Origin: an uncultured Pseudomonadales bacterium
GTDB lineage: Bacteria; Patescibacteriota; Microgenomatia; UBA1400; PJMF01
Length of the DNA: 64,000 nt
Assembly (NCBI GenBank): GCA_964447075.1
Contig: CAYUQY010000001.1
Location: 41,202-105,201, forward strand
Direction: 5' to 3'
The notes beneath the pieces are model-generated. The model ran no database searches, was not told the origin of the DNA, and saw nothing but the letters and a program-made list of their open reading frames with translations. Shown piece by piece: positions 1 through 8,446 of this stretch. Every line of letters starts with the position of its first letter. Position 1 is the first letter of the stretch. The translations under genes were made by a program, and so were the position numbers.

Positions 1-58
1 CATTAAATAGTTCAATTTACAACTATAGAGTTAAGAATAAAAGTGGATTGACCCAGAT

Positions 59-2530
59 TCATTTCAATACTAGTTCCGCAACTTTGCCACCTTGTGGAAC
101 ACTTGTTGAACCTCCTACCGTTCCACTGAATACAGGTAAGCCTTTCACATTAGTAAAGCCATAGAGTTCTTCAAGAGGTTTTAAATCTATAATTCTCGTT
201 TGAGAACCTGTGGTGTTCTGAGTTATTGGCTCAAAAAAATTATCACTCATTGGATCTCTAGGGTCAAAGGCAAGAACTTTAATTACTCCAGGTTTAAATT
301 TTTTTACGATTGCTTGAAGAGCGGTTTGAGCGTCATTACTAGTTATTTCCCTGACGGTTCCATCTGCATTGTTAGTATTAAAAATAAAGTAACGTCCATC
401 CTTAACACCTAATATCGGTACTACTATTGGAGAAGCAATTGTGTTTCCTTTAGAATCGACTGACAAAATGAAAAATTCTGTAGCTAATGTTATTTGTATT
501 CCATTGGGGAAACTTATATCAGGATTTTCAAGTAAACGTGCCTGCACTCCAGGAGTTGTAAAACGATCTGGATAAATTTGAGTAGTAGACAAGCAACCTT
601 CAGGTGAATCCTTGCACCAGTCTGAAATAAACTTAATCATAGCTTCTGAGTTTAACTTTGCATCATTATTAAAAACAGTCACCAGCGGTGAAACTTCAGC
701 CGCTGGAGTTTCAGTCCCAGTCAATGTCGCAGTCGCCTCAGGCGTACTCGTCGCCTTCGCCGTAGCCTCTGGCGTAGCAGTAGCTGGACCATTCCGCACT
801 TCTTGTGGAGTGGCATCATAGACCAATTGACATCCTCTAGCTTCAGGTTGCCAGGTGTTTGAAGCTGTTGTAGGCGTGGCTAAGTTTTCTATGTTTCTTA
901 CTGGCTCGCAATGAGCTACCAACAGGTCTGGCTTGTTTTCTCCCATGGGATACCAAATTTCTGGTAATCCTGATTCTGAGTTATATCTAGCTAAAAAGAG
1001 GTGAGCTCGATTACCATATTTTTTGACTAATTCACCTACATTTACTGTTCCATATGGAGTAGAGATCCACGAGCTTATTTGCCCTGAGATTAGGTAATCT
1101 ACTGGCACATCTGAGAATGCAGATGAGAACTCGACCATTCCGTATTCATTGACTTGAACGTAGTAGGGCCTTCCTTGATAAAATGCAACTCGAAGCCTAT
1201 TAATGGGGTCTATAACTACATCTACATTTATATTCAATGAGTCTATTACTGCGAACTTCCAGTTTCTACCTTCAAGGTAGCTAGCAGTGGCCAAGCCTTC
1301 TCTGGGATCTCCAACTGCAGGAGTACCATTTCCACAGTCTAGTGAGGCGTACTCAGTGTCAGTCTCTTTGTCGAGAATCACTATACACACAAATCCTAAA
1401 TTGTGAGTCATATAAATAGAGTACTGTCCAGTCTTAGGATCGATTGAGCCATATACAGACACTGGACCATCGATATCAGCTTCAGCTTGAGTTTTTTTTG
1501 CCTCCATATCAGCAGCCATTATCTTTACTAGATCTGGAGATGCATGATAATTTTCAGTACCAGTTACTAATAGGTCGATTCCGTTCCCATCTTTCAAAGC
1601 TTGCCTTAGTTCAACCAGGCTAACTGCTCTAGTGCCAATGCTTGCTTCTGGGTTATAAGCAGCTGGAGGAAAGTAGGCGGCAAATTGTTCAGGAGTTGGA
1701 GGGGCAAAGTGAGTTGCTGTGGGAGGAGCTTTTGTACTGGGTGGTTCAGTGAGGGTAGCTACCCTTGGCGTTTCAGAGGGAGACACGATGGTTGGAACTT
1801 CTGGCGGGCGATCGGTGGGTCTGTCATTCTGACTATCAGTGGGATTTGGGGTTCCAATGGCATTGGCGCATGCTGTTAAAAATAAGAGTATTAGAACGAC
1901 GAATGCCATCAAAACGTTAAACTCAGCTTTTCCATAACCAGCCTCAGATTGAAGTGCTAAAGCTAAGGTGCCTTGTGAGTTTGTCAACCTCTGCTTGCGA
2001 CTATTTAAGTTCAGATTAAAAATCTTACTTGCTAAGTTTTGAATAGTGTGAAGAATTCTCTTATTAGATGATGTAACTTCAGTGGATCTCACGAGTCCTG
2101 CTGATAAAAACTCAAGTGTCTCAAGAGTGATCTCGCTGACAGGGAGCAAATGAAGTAATGAAGTGGCTAATTGGCTTGCGTCAGGACGCAGAAGTTGAAA
2201 AATATCTGCGAGAATCTGGTATTTTTCTTCAGTTGGATGAGTTGTATGACCACCTATTACTTTTCTACCTGCTGGATTTTCAAGTGTGATGAGATTTTGA
2301 AGCAAAACCCTGAGTCGATTCAGATCTTCATTGGAAAAGCTTCGAGCCTTCAGGCCTAAACGGTTGGGGCTATGCCACTCGACAGACAACTCTAGCTGCA
2401 ATTTTGCAATTGCCTGGTCTAATAAGTTAATCAAGACTTTCGCGCAACTCTCTGGAGCTTTAGATAAAGTATCTAATTCACGTGAGAGTCTTTCAAAAAA
2501 AGTAATTTCCTTAGATGCTGCTCCGCTCAT
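59..2530 (-). CDS. Hypothetical membrane-anchored surface protein (823 aa). About 215 aa predicted cytoplasmic N-terminal domain, one TM segment (FNVLMAFVVLILLFLTACANAIG), a Pro/Thr-rich linker, then a large extracytoplasmic domain.
   Basis: Long uninterrupted ORF. Hydrophobic segment followed by a PT-rich linker (PTDRPPEVPTIVSPSETP...). A second PT/A-rich linker (TATPEATAKATSTPEATATLTGTETPAAE) splits the C-terminal region. No catalytic motif recognised. Confidence 0.45.
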   Translation of the reverse strand: MSGAASKEITFFERLSRELDTLSKAPESCAKVLINLLDQAIAKLQLELSVEWHSPNRLGLKARSFSNEDLNRLRVLLQNLITLENPAGRKVIGGHTTHPTEEKYQILADIFQLLRPDASQLATSLLHLLPVSEITLETLEFLSAGLVRSTEVTSSNKRILHTIQNLASKIFNLNLNSRKQRLTNSQGTLALALQSEAGYGKAEFNVLMAFVVLILLFLTACANAIGTPNPTDSQNDRPTDRPPEVPTIVSPSETPRVATLTEPPSTKAPPTATHFAPPTPEQFAAYFPPAAYNPEASIGTRAVSLVELRQALKDGNGIDLLVTGTENYHASPDLVKIMAADMEAKKTQAEADIDGPVSVYGSIDPKTGQYSIYMTHNLGFVCIVILDKETDTEYASLDCGNGTPAVGDPREGLATASYLEGRNWKFAVIDSLNINVDVVIDPINRLRVAFYQGRPYYVQVNEYGMVEFSSAFSDVPVDYLISGQISSWISTPYGTVNVGELVKKYGNRAHLFLARYNSESGLPEIWYPMGENKPDLLVAHCEPVRNIENLATPTTASNTWQPEARGCQLVYDATPQEVRNGPATATPEATAKATSTPEATATLTGTETPAAEVSPLVTVFNNDAKLNSEAMIKFISDWCKDSPEGCLSTTQIYPDRFTTPGVQARLLENPDISFPNGIQITLATEFFILSVDSKGNTIASPIVVPILGVKDGRYFIFNTNNADGTVREITSNDAQTALQAIVKKFKPGVIKVLAFDPRDPMSDNFFEPITQNTTGSQTRIIDLKPLEELYGFTNVKGLPVFSGTVGGSTSVPQGGKVAELVLK

Positions 2531-3006
2531 TTGTTCCTCTTTCAGAGTTTTGATTATTTATAAAATTAAATCTAACGTCTTCAGTATATTTACTTTGACT
2601 TACTGTGAGCAGCCATTTGAGGCCGCCCAACCAACGTCTCCAATTTGTTCATTATAGGCTTCTATCGGCTTTTCTCAAGGTGTAATTGATGTGTATGATC
2701 GCGCTTTTTTGGCTTTTTGGCAAGAGCGATCTACCATCCGACCTCAAGAATCGAGAAATTATACACTACTTTGTCTGGAGGTGAGGGTGTAACGAGTGGC
2801 TCGAACATGAAAAGATGAACTTGACCGACTCATTTTGAGTCGATAGTGTTCTGTAATGAGTCGAGAGAATTGACCTCCCAAGCAGCCATACTCCGTTTTT
2901 ACGAGACTCACATCCTCTATCACGTCAAGAGATTGCTGATGAACTAGTGTGAGTTTGCGCTGAAGACTTACTTTATTTGATGGGAAAAGCTACTGAGTCT
3001 TTTTAA

Positions 3007-3618
3007 TTAATCGCCAGAGGTTGTTTTAGAAGTTTCACTATATTCTTTGTTTGCACTCATTGACTCAGTTATAAGTTTTCTCAAGTAAACAGATCTGGGT
3101 ATTCTTTTCTTCTGTGCAATCCAATCCAGGTATGAGACTTGGCTTGGAGAAATAAAGAAGTTAAAACGAACATCAGTGGAGTCCTTGGCATAGTCGAAGG
3201 CATCGCTAAGAACTTCAGATATGTTTTCAAGCGAGTACTCGATAAGTTGAAGTCTCTCGCTGGATATTCCAGATAGGAAAAATGGTGCATGATCCTTAAG
3301 ATACAGTGCGATTACGGGTTTGCTTTGTTCTAGCGCTTTGTTTATCAGGTAGCCAATAGATACACTAGTTGTGGAAGCTTCAACAATTAGCAAATCTGCT
3401 TGGCGTAGATTTCGCATTGTCTCTTCATACATCTTGATCACTTCTTCGTGATCAGCAGCATATACTTTTTCTGATTCAGATAAGGCTACTTTAGAGAGGT
3501 GAACATGCCTTAAGCTTTCTACGGCTTTGTAGATAGCCATATGTTCAGCTAACAGATCTTTAAAAGCTCTTGGAGTACCGTGAAAATATACCTTCATATT
3601 TGAGTATTCTAACACCAA
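3007..3618 (-). CDS. Nucleoside 2-deoxyribosyltransferase-like (flavodoxin-fold) domain fused to a C-terminal ribbon-helix-helix (CopG/Arc-like) DNA-binding domain
   Basis: Pattern MKVYFHGT...ADLLIVEASTTSVSIGYLINKALEQSKPVIALY resembles the NDT/Rcl/LOG-superfamily core (xDlviAnld..G...E.G.A.algKPvi). C-terminal DVRFNFFISPSQVSYLDWIAQKKRIPRSVYLRKLITESM fits the RHH beta-strand/helix-turn-helix pattern. Assignment is by motif eye-matching only. Confidence 0.4.
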   Translation of the reverse strand: MVLEYSNMKVYFHGTPRAFKDLLAEHMAIYKAVESLRHVHLSKVALSESEKVYAADHEEVIKMYEETMRNLRQADLLIVEASTTSVSIGYLINKALEQSKPVIALYLKDHAPFFLSGISSERLQLIEYSLENISEVLSDAFDYAKDSTDVRFNFFISPSQVSYLDWIAQKKRIPRSVYLRKLITESMSANKEYSETSKTTSGD

Positions 3619-3653
3619 GTATCAAAATCTGATAAATATAGATTGCAATAATC

Positions 3654-4514
3654 TTAAATTAATTTTCGGATTTCATAATTAATAGCCTGGTAAAGTAAAG
3701 TAGACTTGTCTTCTGTTGAGTCAGAATGAAGAAAATGCTCAAGTCCCTCTTCGACCATATCCCCACAATCACCAATACCTGCCTCACCTGATTCTCTGGG
3801 TTTATCTATAAATAGATATTTTGGAGCTTGCGTAACAGAAGTTCTTATTGGGAAGTAATATTGACTGTCAGTTAGATAATATGCACAGTAAATACCATTA
3901 ATGATGTCACTGTGAAGAGTGTTCAAGAACTTTAATCCCTGTCTATTAGCGAAGTTCACAATAAGATCGATTTTGGGCATGTTTTTGGAAAAACGACTCT
4001 TAAGCTCAAGTAGCAATTCAGATAGTGATTGTCCTGTTGCGATACCTTCATCAACTACAACAAGATGATAGTCTTCATAAAGATGAATATCATTTGGAAA
4101 GATTGGTAGTGAGGTATTCTTATACAAGCCACAGTTTGCAATATGGAGCTCACTAGTATCAAGCACACATGCGACACCAACGGCAGTTGCTAGTCCAGCT
4201 CTAGGCATACCTAGGATGAGTTCTCTAGAATCATTGGCCCGATTTCCAACACTCAATTTGGGAAATCTTTTAACTCTCGACCTCATCAAAATGGAGAGTT
4301 CTTTACCTTGAGTAGCCAATGCTAGGCGATATCCTACTCCACCAACGTTAGCCCAAAGTTGTTCGATATTAGTCGGATGTTCTAATATGAAAGTATTTTT
4401 GAATTCAGGCAGAACCTTATATGAAATGTCATAGATTTTTATTCTTGTTTCAATCTCATTACTAGTATGCTTGCTCATATTCTTTGAATGGTAAAAACAA
4501 AAAAATAATTCCAT
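3654..4514 (-). CDS. Type I phosphoribosyltransferase (PRTase) domain protein with an ~80-aa N-terminal extension. The likely true start is the internal Met in MSKHTS, about 36 nt downstream of the ORF start.
   Basis: PRPP-binding motif HLVVVDEGIATGQSLSEL (hydrophobic4-D-E-G-x-x-T-G). Upstream ILGMPRAGLATAVGVA resembles the APRT/OPRT G..RG...A loop. The specific base substrate is not inferable. Confidence 0.5.
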   Translation of the reverse strand: MELFFCFYHSKNMSKHTSNEIETRIKIYDISYKVLPEFKNTFILEHPTNIEQLWANVGGVGYRLALATQGKELSILMRSRVKRFPKLSVGNRANDSRELILGMPRAGLATAVGVACVLDTSELHIANCGLYKNTSLPIFPNDIHLYEDYHLVVVDEGIATGQSLSELLLELKSRFSKNMPKIDLIVNFANRQGLKFLNTLHSDIINGIYCAYYLTDSQYYFPIRTSVTQAPKYLFIDKPRESGEAGIGDCGDMVEEGLEHFLHSDSTEDKSTLLYQAINYEIRKLI

Positions 4515-4930
4515 ACACCGCAGGGCAATCTAAAGCTTTCTACCACTTTAGCACCAGATTGTGTAATTAGTTGCAGCCATTTGTTAAAGCTTAGAAAGCG
4601 CTCGTCACCAAGTGTCCTAACTAATCCTTCAGTTACTGGAAACTTATTGAATGAGTCAGAAGGTACAGGGATGATAACCGTATCTGCCAACAGTAGCTCA
4701 TGGATAAGAAGTTCTGATATTTTAGCATCTTGGTAGTACTCTAGAAATCCATGACTGAAAACTAGTTCATGTTTTGCTTTGACTTGATGATTCCTAATGG
4801 AATCATTGAAAAAAACTGCATTACCTTGTAAGATTTGATTCAATTTCTTTGAGAGTATGACCATATCTGGGTCGGTATCAATCCCGATTACTTTATGACC
4901 ACCTAGTCTTAACTTGATAGAGACTGTCAA
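4475..4930 (-). pseudogene. Decayed class I SAM-dependent methyltransferase paralog, tandem to the intact methyltransferase upstream. The N-terminal SAM-binding motif I is degenerate or missing.
   Basis: Motif II (KVIGIDTDPDMV) and motif IV-like ELVFSHGFLEYY are present. There is no GxGxG motif I; the aligned position reads LKYGGLT. The frame is closed by a TAA 13 codons upstream of a TTG start. A G6 homopolymer (C6 on + at 4931-4936) lies exactly at the frame junction. A short 27-codon ORF (MGLWFQ...IKASGSGEAF...) lies between the two methyltransferases in the same frame. Confidence 0.35.
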
Positions 4931-5096
4931 CCCCCCATATTTCAGGACAGACTGCGTGAGTACTGTTTAGCATAAGCGGCTGGTGGCATTTTAAGTGAGT
5001 TTAAGCTTGATAAACGCCTCACCAGATCCTGAGGCTTTAATTTGATCCTGGTAATTTTGGAACCATAGTCCCATAGGTGCTTTAATTAGTTTTGAT

Positions 5097-5804
5097 TTAT
5101 TTACCCAGAGTCCATTTAATGGCTAGCAGTCTTGGGTTATTTCGAGAATCAAATATCTCTTTAATCTCATTTAAACAAAGAAATTGACTAAATGCTCTTA
5201 AGTAGTACTCAACTGGTCTATGAAAGTAATTGGCTATTACTTTATTTTCAAACATACTTCTTCGAATGACAGCTTGCTCTAGGTAGTCGCAAGTGTTCAA
5301 AAACTTGGGATGTTTCTGGCCCAACGATGCATTAATATTTGCAATTAACATTTCTGCTGGATGATGGATTATCATAATGAATATGCCCTCTCTTTTTAGA
5401 GTCCTTGCTACTTCTTTAACAAATAGAGCAGTATTTTCTATGTATTGATTAACCATAATTGATAAGGTTATGTCTGAGGATTCGGAGGCTAATTCAAAAG
5501 GTTCTTCTAAGTTTGCAAGATACAGTTTAATGTTTTGGAAAGGTGAGCAGTTTTCAGTCGCATACTTTATCATCTCTGAAGAAGCATCGAGTCCGATTAT
5601 GCTATTTGCCTTATGAGCCATCATTGAAAGTAGATAGCCATTTCCACATCCTAAATCAACAATCTTCTTGCCTTCATACGCACCAATCCACTCTAGAATT
5701 AGAGGATTTATCAATTTTTGGTGCAATTCATCACCAGTAGCTCCGAAGATATTATGATAAAGCTCGGCGAGAGGCTGCCACTGGTTGAAGAAAAAACTTT
5801 TCAT
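5097..5804 (-). CDS. Class I SAM-dependent methyltransferase (Methyltransf_11/25-like, small-molecule type)
   Basis: Motif I KKIVDLGCGNGYLLSMM, motif II IIGLDASSEMI, typical length (235 aa). Confidence 0.7.
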   Translation of the reverse strand: MKSFFFNQWQPLAELYHNIFGATGDELHQKLINPLILEWIGAYEGKKIVDLGCGNGYLLSMMAHKANSIIGLDASSEMIKYATENCSPFQNIKLYLANLEEPFELASESSDITLSIMVNQYIENTALFVKEVARTLKREGIFIMIIHHPAEMLIANINASLGQKHPKFLNTCDYLEQAVIRRSMFENKVIANYFHRPVEYYLRAFSQFLCLNEIKEIFDSRNNPRLLAIKWTLGK

Positions 5805-5993
5805 AATTTCTGAGTATATATGATAGGGCTCGATTAGAATGATTTGGCAGACATCAAAGCACAGAATGAGATTATACTGGATATATCAACAATTGGCAGA
5901 AGCCGTAAGTCGCAGAATAAGCTTTAGAAGCCATCTTTTGAGAGTTTGCGATTTATTTGACTTACATACTGTATTATTCATATACTTACATAT

Positions 5994-6821
5994 ATGTCCT
6001 CTGGACGTGTTTTCTTTCGCTCTGCGACTCAATCAGGCCAAATCGGCCTCATTCTCCTCCTGATGATGGTGGTGATGTTGACGATCGGTCTGTCTCTAGT
6101 GGCACGCACAAGCAAGGAGCTCAAGATAGCCACCCAAGAGACTGAGACTACTCAAGTGTTGACTGCTTCTGAGACTGGTATCAATGATTACTTGGCTTTA
6201 GATTTAGGGACGCTTAACTATGTAGCTAGAACCTATATCGCTTCACCTGAGCCAGTTACTAGTGACGGTGATTTTATCAATCAAGTCACTGTGACTCAGA
6301 ATATTAATCTCGACATCCCTAGACTTGAAGAGGGTGCTGCTGCGCAAGCAAATGTAACTGGAGGCACAGCTCTTACTGTCTACTGGGGGTCTGAGATCTG
6401 CAGTTCACCTTCAGGTAGGGCGAGTCTTGTGGTCACTATTTACGGTGATACGGATGGGGTCAAGACAGCTAAACACACTGCACATGCTGGCTGTGATCTC
6501 TCAGGAACTGATGGCATTGCTTTTAATACGGCTTCCGACGTCATTGGTGTAGACCCGACTGGTGCAGGACTCAAGAGAATGACAACAGTCGCACTGCCTC
6601 CTGGCTCAACAGTCGCTCGCATCAGGCCAGTCTACACTAGCACTCGTCTTCATGCCGAACTCACCTCATCTACGCCCAACACTCAAGGCTACAGTATCCG
6701 CTCCACTGGTACTTCTACCAGAGGTGATGAGACTCGAATCGTCCAGCTTGATCAAACTCTACCTATTGCCCCATCGGTCTTAGATTATGTATTATTATCA
6801 GGTAGCACAATCAATAAATAA
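5994..6821 (+). CDS. Putative prepilin-like or minor-pilin-like protein with an N-terminal hydrophobic segment, encoded immediately upstream of pilM
   Basis: N-terminus SGQIGLILLLMMVVMLTIGLSLVA followed by a Thr/Ser-rich, likely beta-rich body. Position upstream of pilMNO. Lacks a canonical G/FTLIE prepilin motif (no Glu+5). Confidence 0.35.
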   Translation: MSSGRVFFRSATQSGQIGLILLLMMVVMLTIGLSLVARTSKELKIATQETETTQVLTASETGINDYLALDLGTLNYVARTYIASPEPVTSDGDFINQVTVTQNINLDIPRLEEGAAAQANVTGGTALTVYWGSEICSSPSGRASLVVTIYGDTDGVKTAKHTAHAGCDLSGTDGIAFNTASDVIGVDPTGAGLKRMTTVALPPGSTVARIRPVYTSTRLHAELTSSTPNTQGYSIRSTGTSTRGDETRIVQLDQTLPIAPSVLDYVLLSGSTINK

Positions 6822-6857
6822 TTTTTTAGATTTAAAAAAAATAACAAGACCTGCCCT

Positions 6858-7874
6858 ATGTCTACTACTACTGCTATTGATATAGGTAGCTATGCCATCA
6901 AGATTGTTGTCGGACATAGTGGCTACGCCCCTAAAATAGAACGAGTGGTCGAGCTTTTCAACACTGTCGGCGCTAGCTTGCCCACCGACGATCGCAGTCG
7001 TGATGACTTGATCCAGCTGATAGGCAACGCCGTCAACGACTACAAAATTCCTCGAGCTGACGTGAGATTGTCCCTGCCAGAATCAGCAGTCTCGACCAAA
7101 GTAATCGAGATGCCTCCCCTCTCTGATGCCGAGTTAGCCTCAGCTATTCAGTGGCAAGCAGAACAACACATACCTATTCCACTTGATGAGTTGGCTCTAG
7201 AGTATCAAGTGCTCTATCGACCAGCTCGAGGCCAAAGAGGTGAGCAGATGCGTGTCTTGTTGATCGGTAGCCGCAAGAAAATTATCGATAGTTACTTAGA
7301 GATCTTTTATCAAGTTGGCATTGAGCCTTTGTTACTTGAAACTCAAGTGCTTTCGACTATCCGTTCTCTGCAGTTCACTCCTGAAGATCCAGCTACTATG
7401 GTGGTCAACATGGGAGCCTCATCTACAGATATGGCTGTCGTGGCTCAGGGAGAGATGGCTTTTGTGTACACAGTCGGTCAAGGTGGCCAGATCTTGACAC
7501 GCACTATCATGCAGACTCTTCAGCAAGAAGCCAAAGCGGCCGAGGAGTACAAGCGTCAGTACGGTCTGGATCCTCAAGCTTTGGGAGGTAAGTTGCGAGA
7601 GGTCATCATGCCAGTTGTGGAGAATCAAGTTCAGGATGTGCGCAAAGCCCTCAACTTTTTTGTGACAGCTCATCCCACGACACAAGTAGGTAGAGTCGTT
7701 TTGTGCGGTGGGTCAGCACAGCTGCCAGGACTTGTACAGCACATGGCAGAAGTGATGGGGGTGGAAGTGCTGATGGGAGCTTCATTTGGTATGGCCACTG
7801 GTGAGATTCCTACTGGAGCCGTGACTCAATACAGTGTCTGCATGGGCTTACTGATGAGAGATCTCAGTATCTAG
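6858..7874 (+). CDS. pilM: Type IV pilus assembly protein PilM (actin-like ATPase fold)
   Basis: N-terminus AIDIGSYAIKIVVG and overall PilM/FtsA-like layout. Followed by PilN- and PilO-like genes. Confidence 0.7.
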   Translation: MSTTTAIDIGSYAIKIVVGHSGYAPKIERVVELFNTVGASLPTDDRSRDDLIQLIGNAVNDYKIPRADVRLSLPESAVSTKVIEMPPLSDAELASAIQWQAEQHIPIPLDELALEYQVLYRPARGQRGEQMRVLLIGSRKKIIDSYLEIFYQVGIEPLLLETQVLSTIRSLQFTPEDPATMVVNMGASSTDMAVVAQGEMAFVYTVGQGGQILTRTIMQTLQQEAKAAEEYKRQYGLDPQALGGKLREVIMPVVENQVQDVRKALNFFVTAHPTTQVGRVVLCGGSAQLPGLVQHMAEVMGVEVLMGASFGMATGEIPTGAVTQYSVCMGLLMRDLSI

Positions 7875-7906
7875 TAGTCAGCGTTCAAGCTTTTTAAGTC
7901 ACATAT

Positions 7907-8446
7907 ATGCCCAAGACTATCAATTTTTTGAGCCATCAGCGCAAGAAAGTCACCCGTACCCAACTTCAGGATAAAAAGTATTTTCTGATTGGGAGTATTT
8001 TTTTTGCTGTGAGTCTAGTTCTGACTGTAAGTGTGGTGGCGGTTAGGAGCTATTTTCACACCCAGCTTACGGCAACCACAACAGCTATAGAAGTTGCCCG
8101 ATCAGAGATCGCCCAGAATAGCTCCAACATAGATGCAATTACAGTGTTTGTGTTGAAGCTCAAGAAGTTGGTCGAGCTTGAGTCAACCAAGAAAAATAAA
8201 ACTGCCCAGATAGAGTCAATTCAGGCTATTTTTGGACCGGTGGCGCTGATTGATGAGATGACAGTGATGCCTGTGCAGAGTCAGATGAAGTTTGGTCTGA
8301 AAACAAAAGATGTATTTAAACTAGCGGAGGTGATACGTCTGGCCAACGATCCTGAGACCAAAAAAAAACTGACATCAGTAGCTTTGAGTGGTTTAGTCAG
8401 AGGAGCAGATGGCAGTTATATTTTGCAGGTGATTGTACCTTTGTAA
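7907..8446 (+). CDS. PilN-like type IV pilus biogenesis protein (bitopic)
   Basis: N-terminus MPKTINFLSHQRKK, a single TM, coiled-coil periplasmic part. Start close to the pilM stop. Confidence 0.5.
   Translation: MPKTINFLSHQRKKVTRTQLQDKKYFLIGSIFFAVSLVLTVSVVAVRSYFHTQLTATTTAIEVARSEIAQNSSNIDAITVFVLKLKKLVELESTKKNKTAQIESIQAIFGPVALIDEMTVMPVQSQMKFGLKTKDVFKLAEVIRLANDPETKKKLTSVALSGLVRGADGSYILQVIVPL

Noticed and set aside
3007-4514. Retron (NDT-like and PRTase are known retron effector domains)
   Set aside because: No reverse-transcriptase ORF anywhere in the window and no obvious msr/msd inverted-repeat structure adjacent, so calling a retron is unsupported. It is kept as an effector-like accessory cluster.
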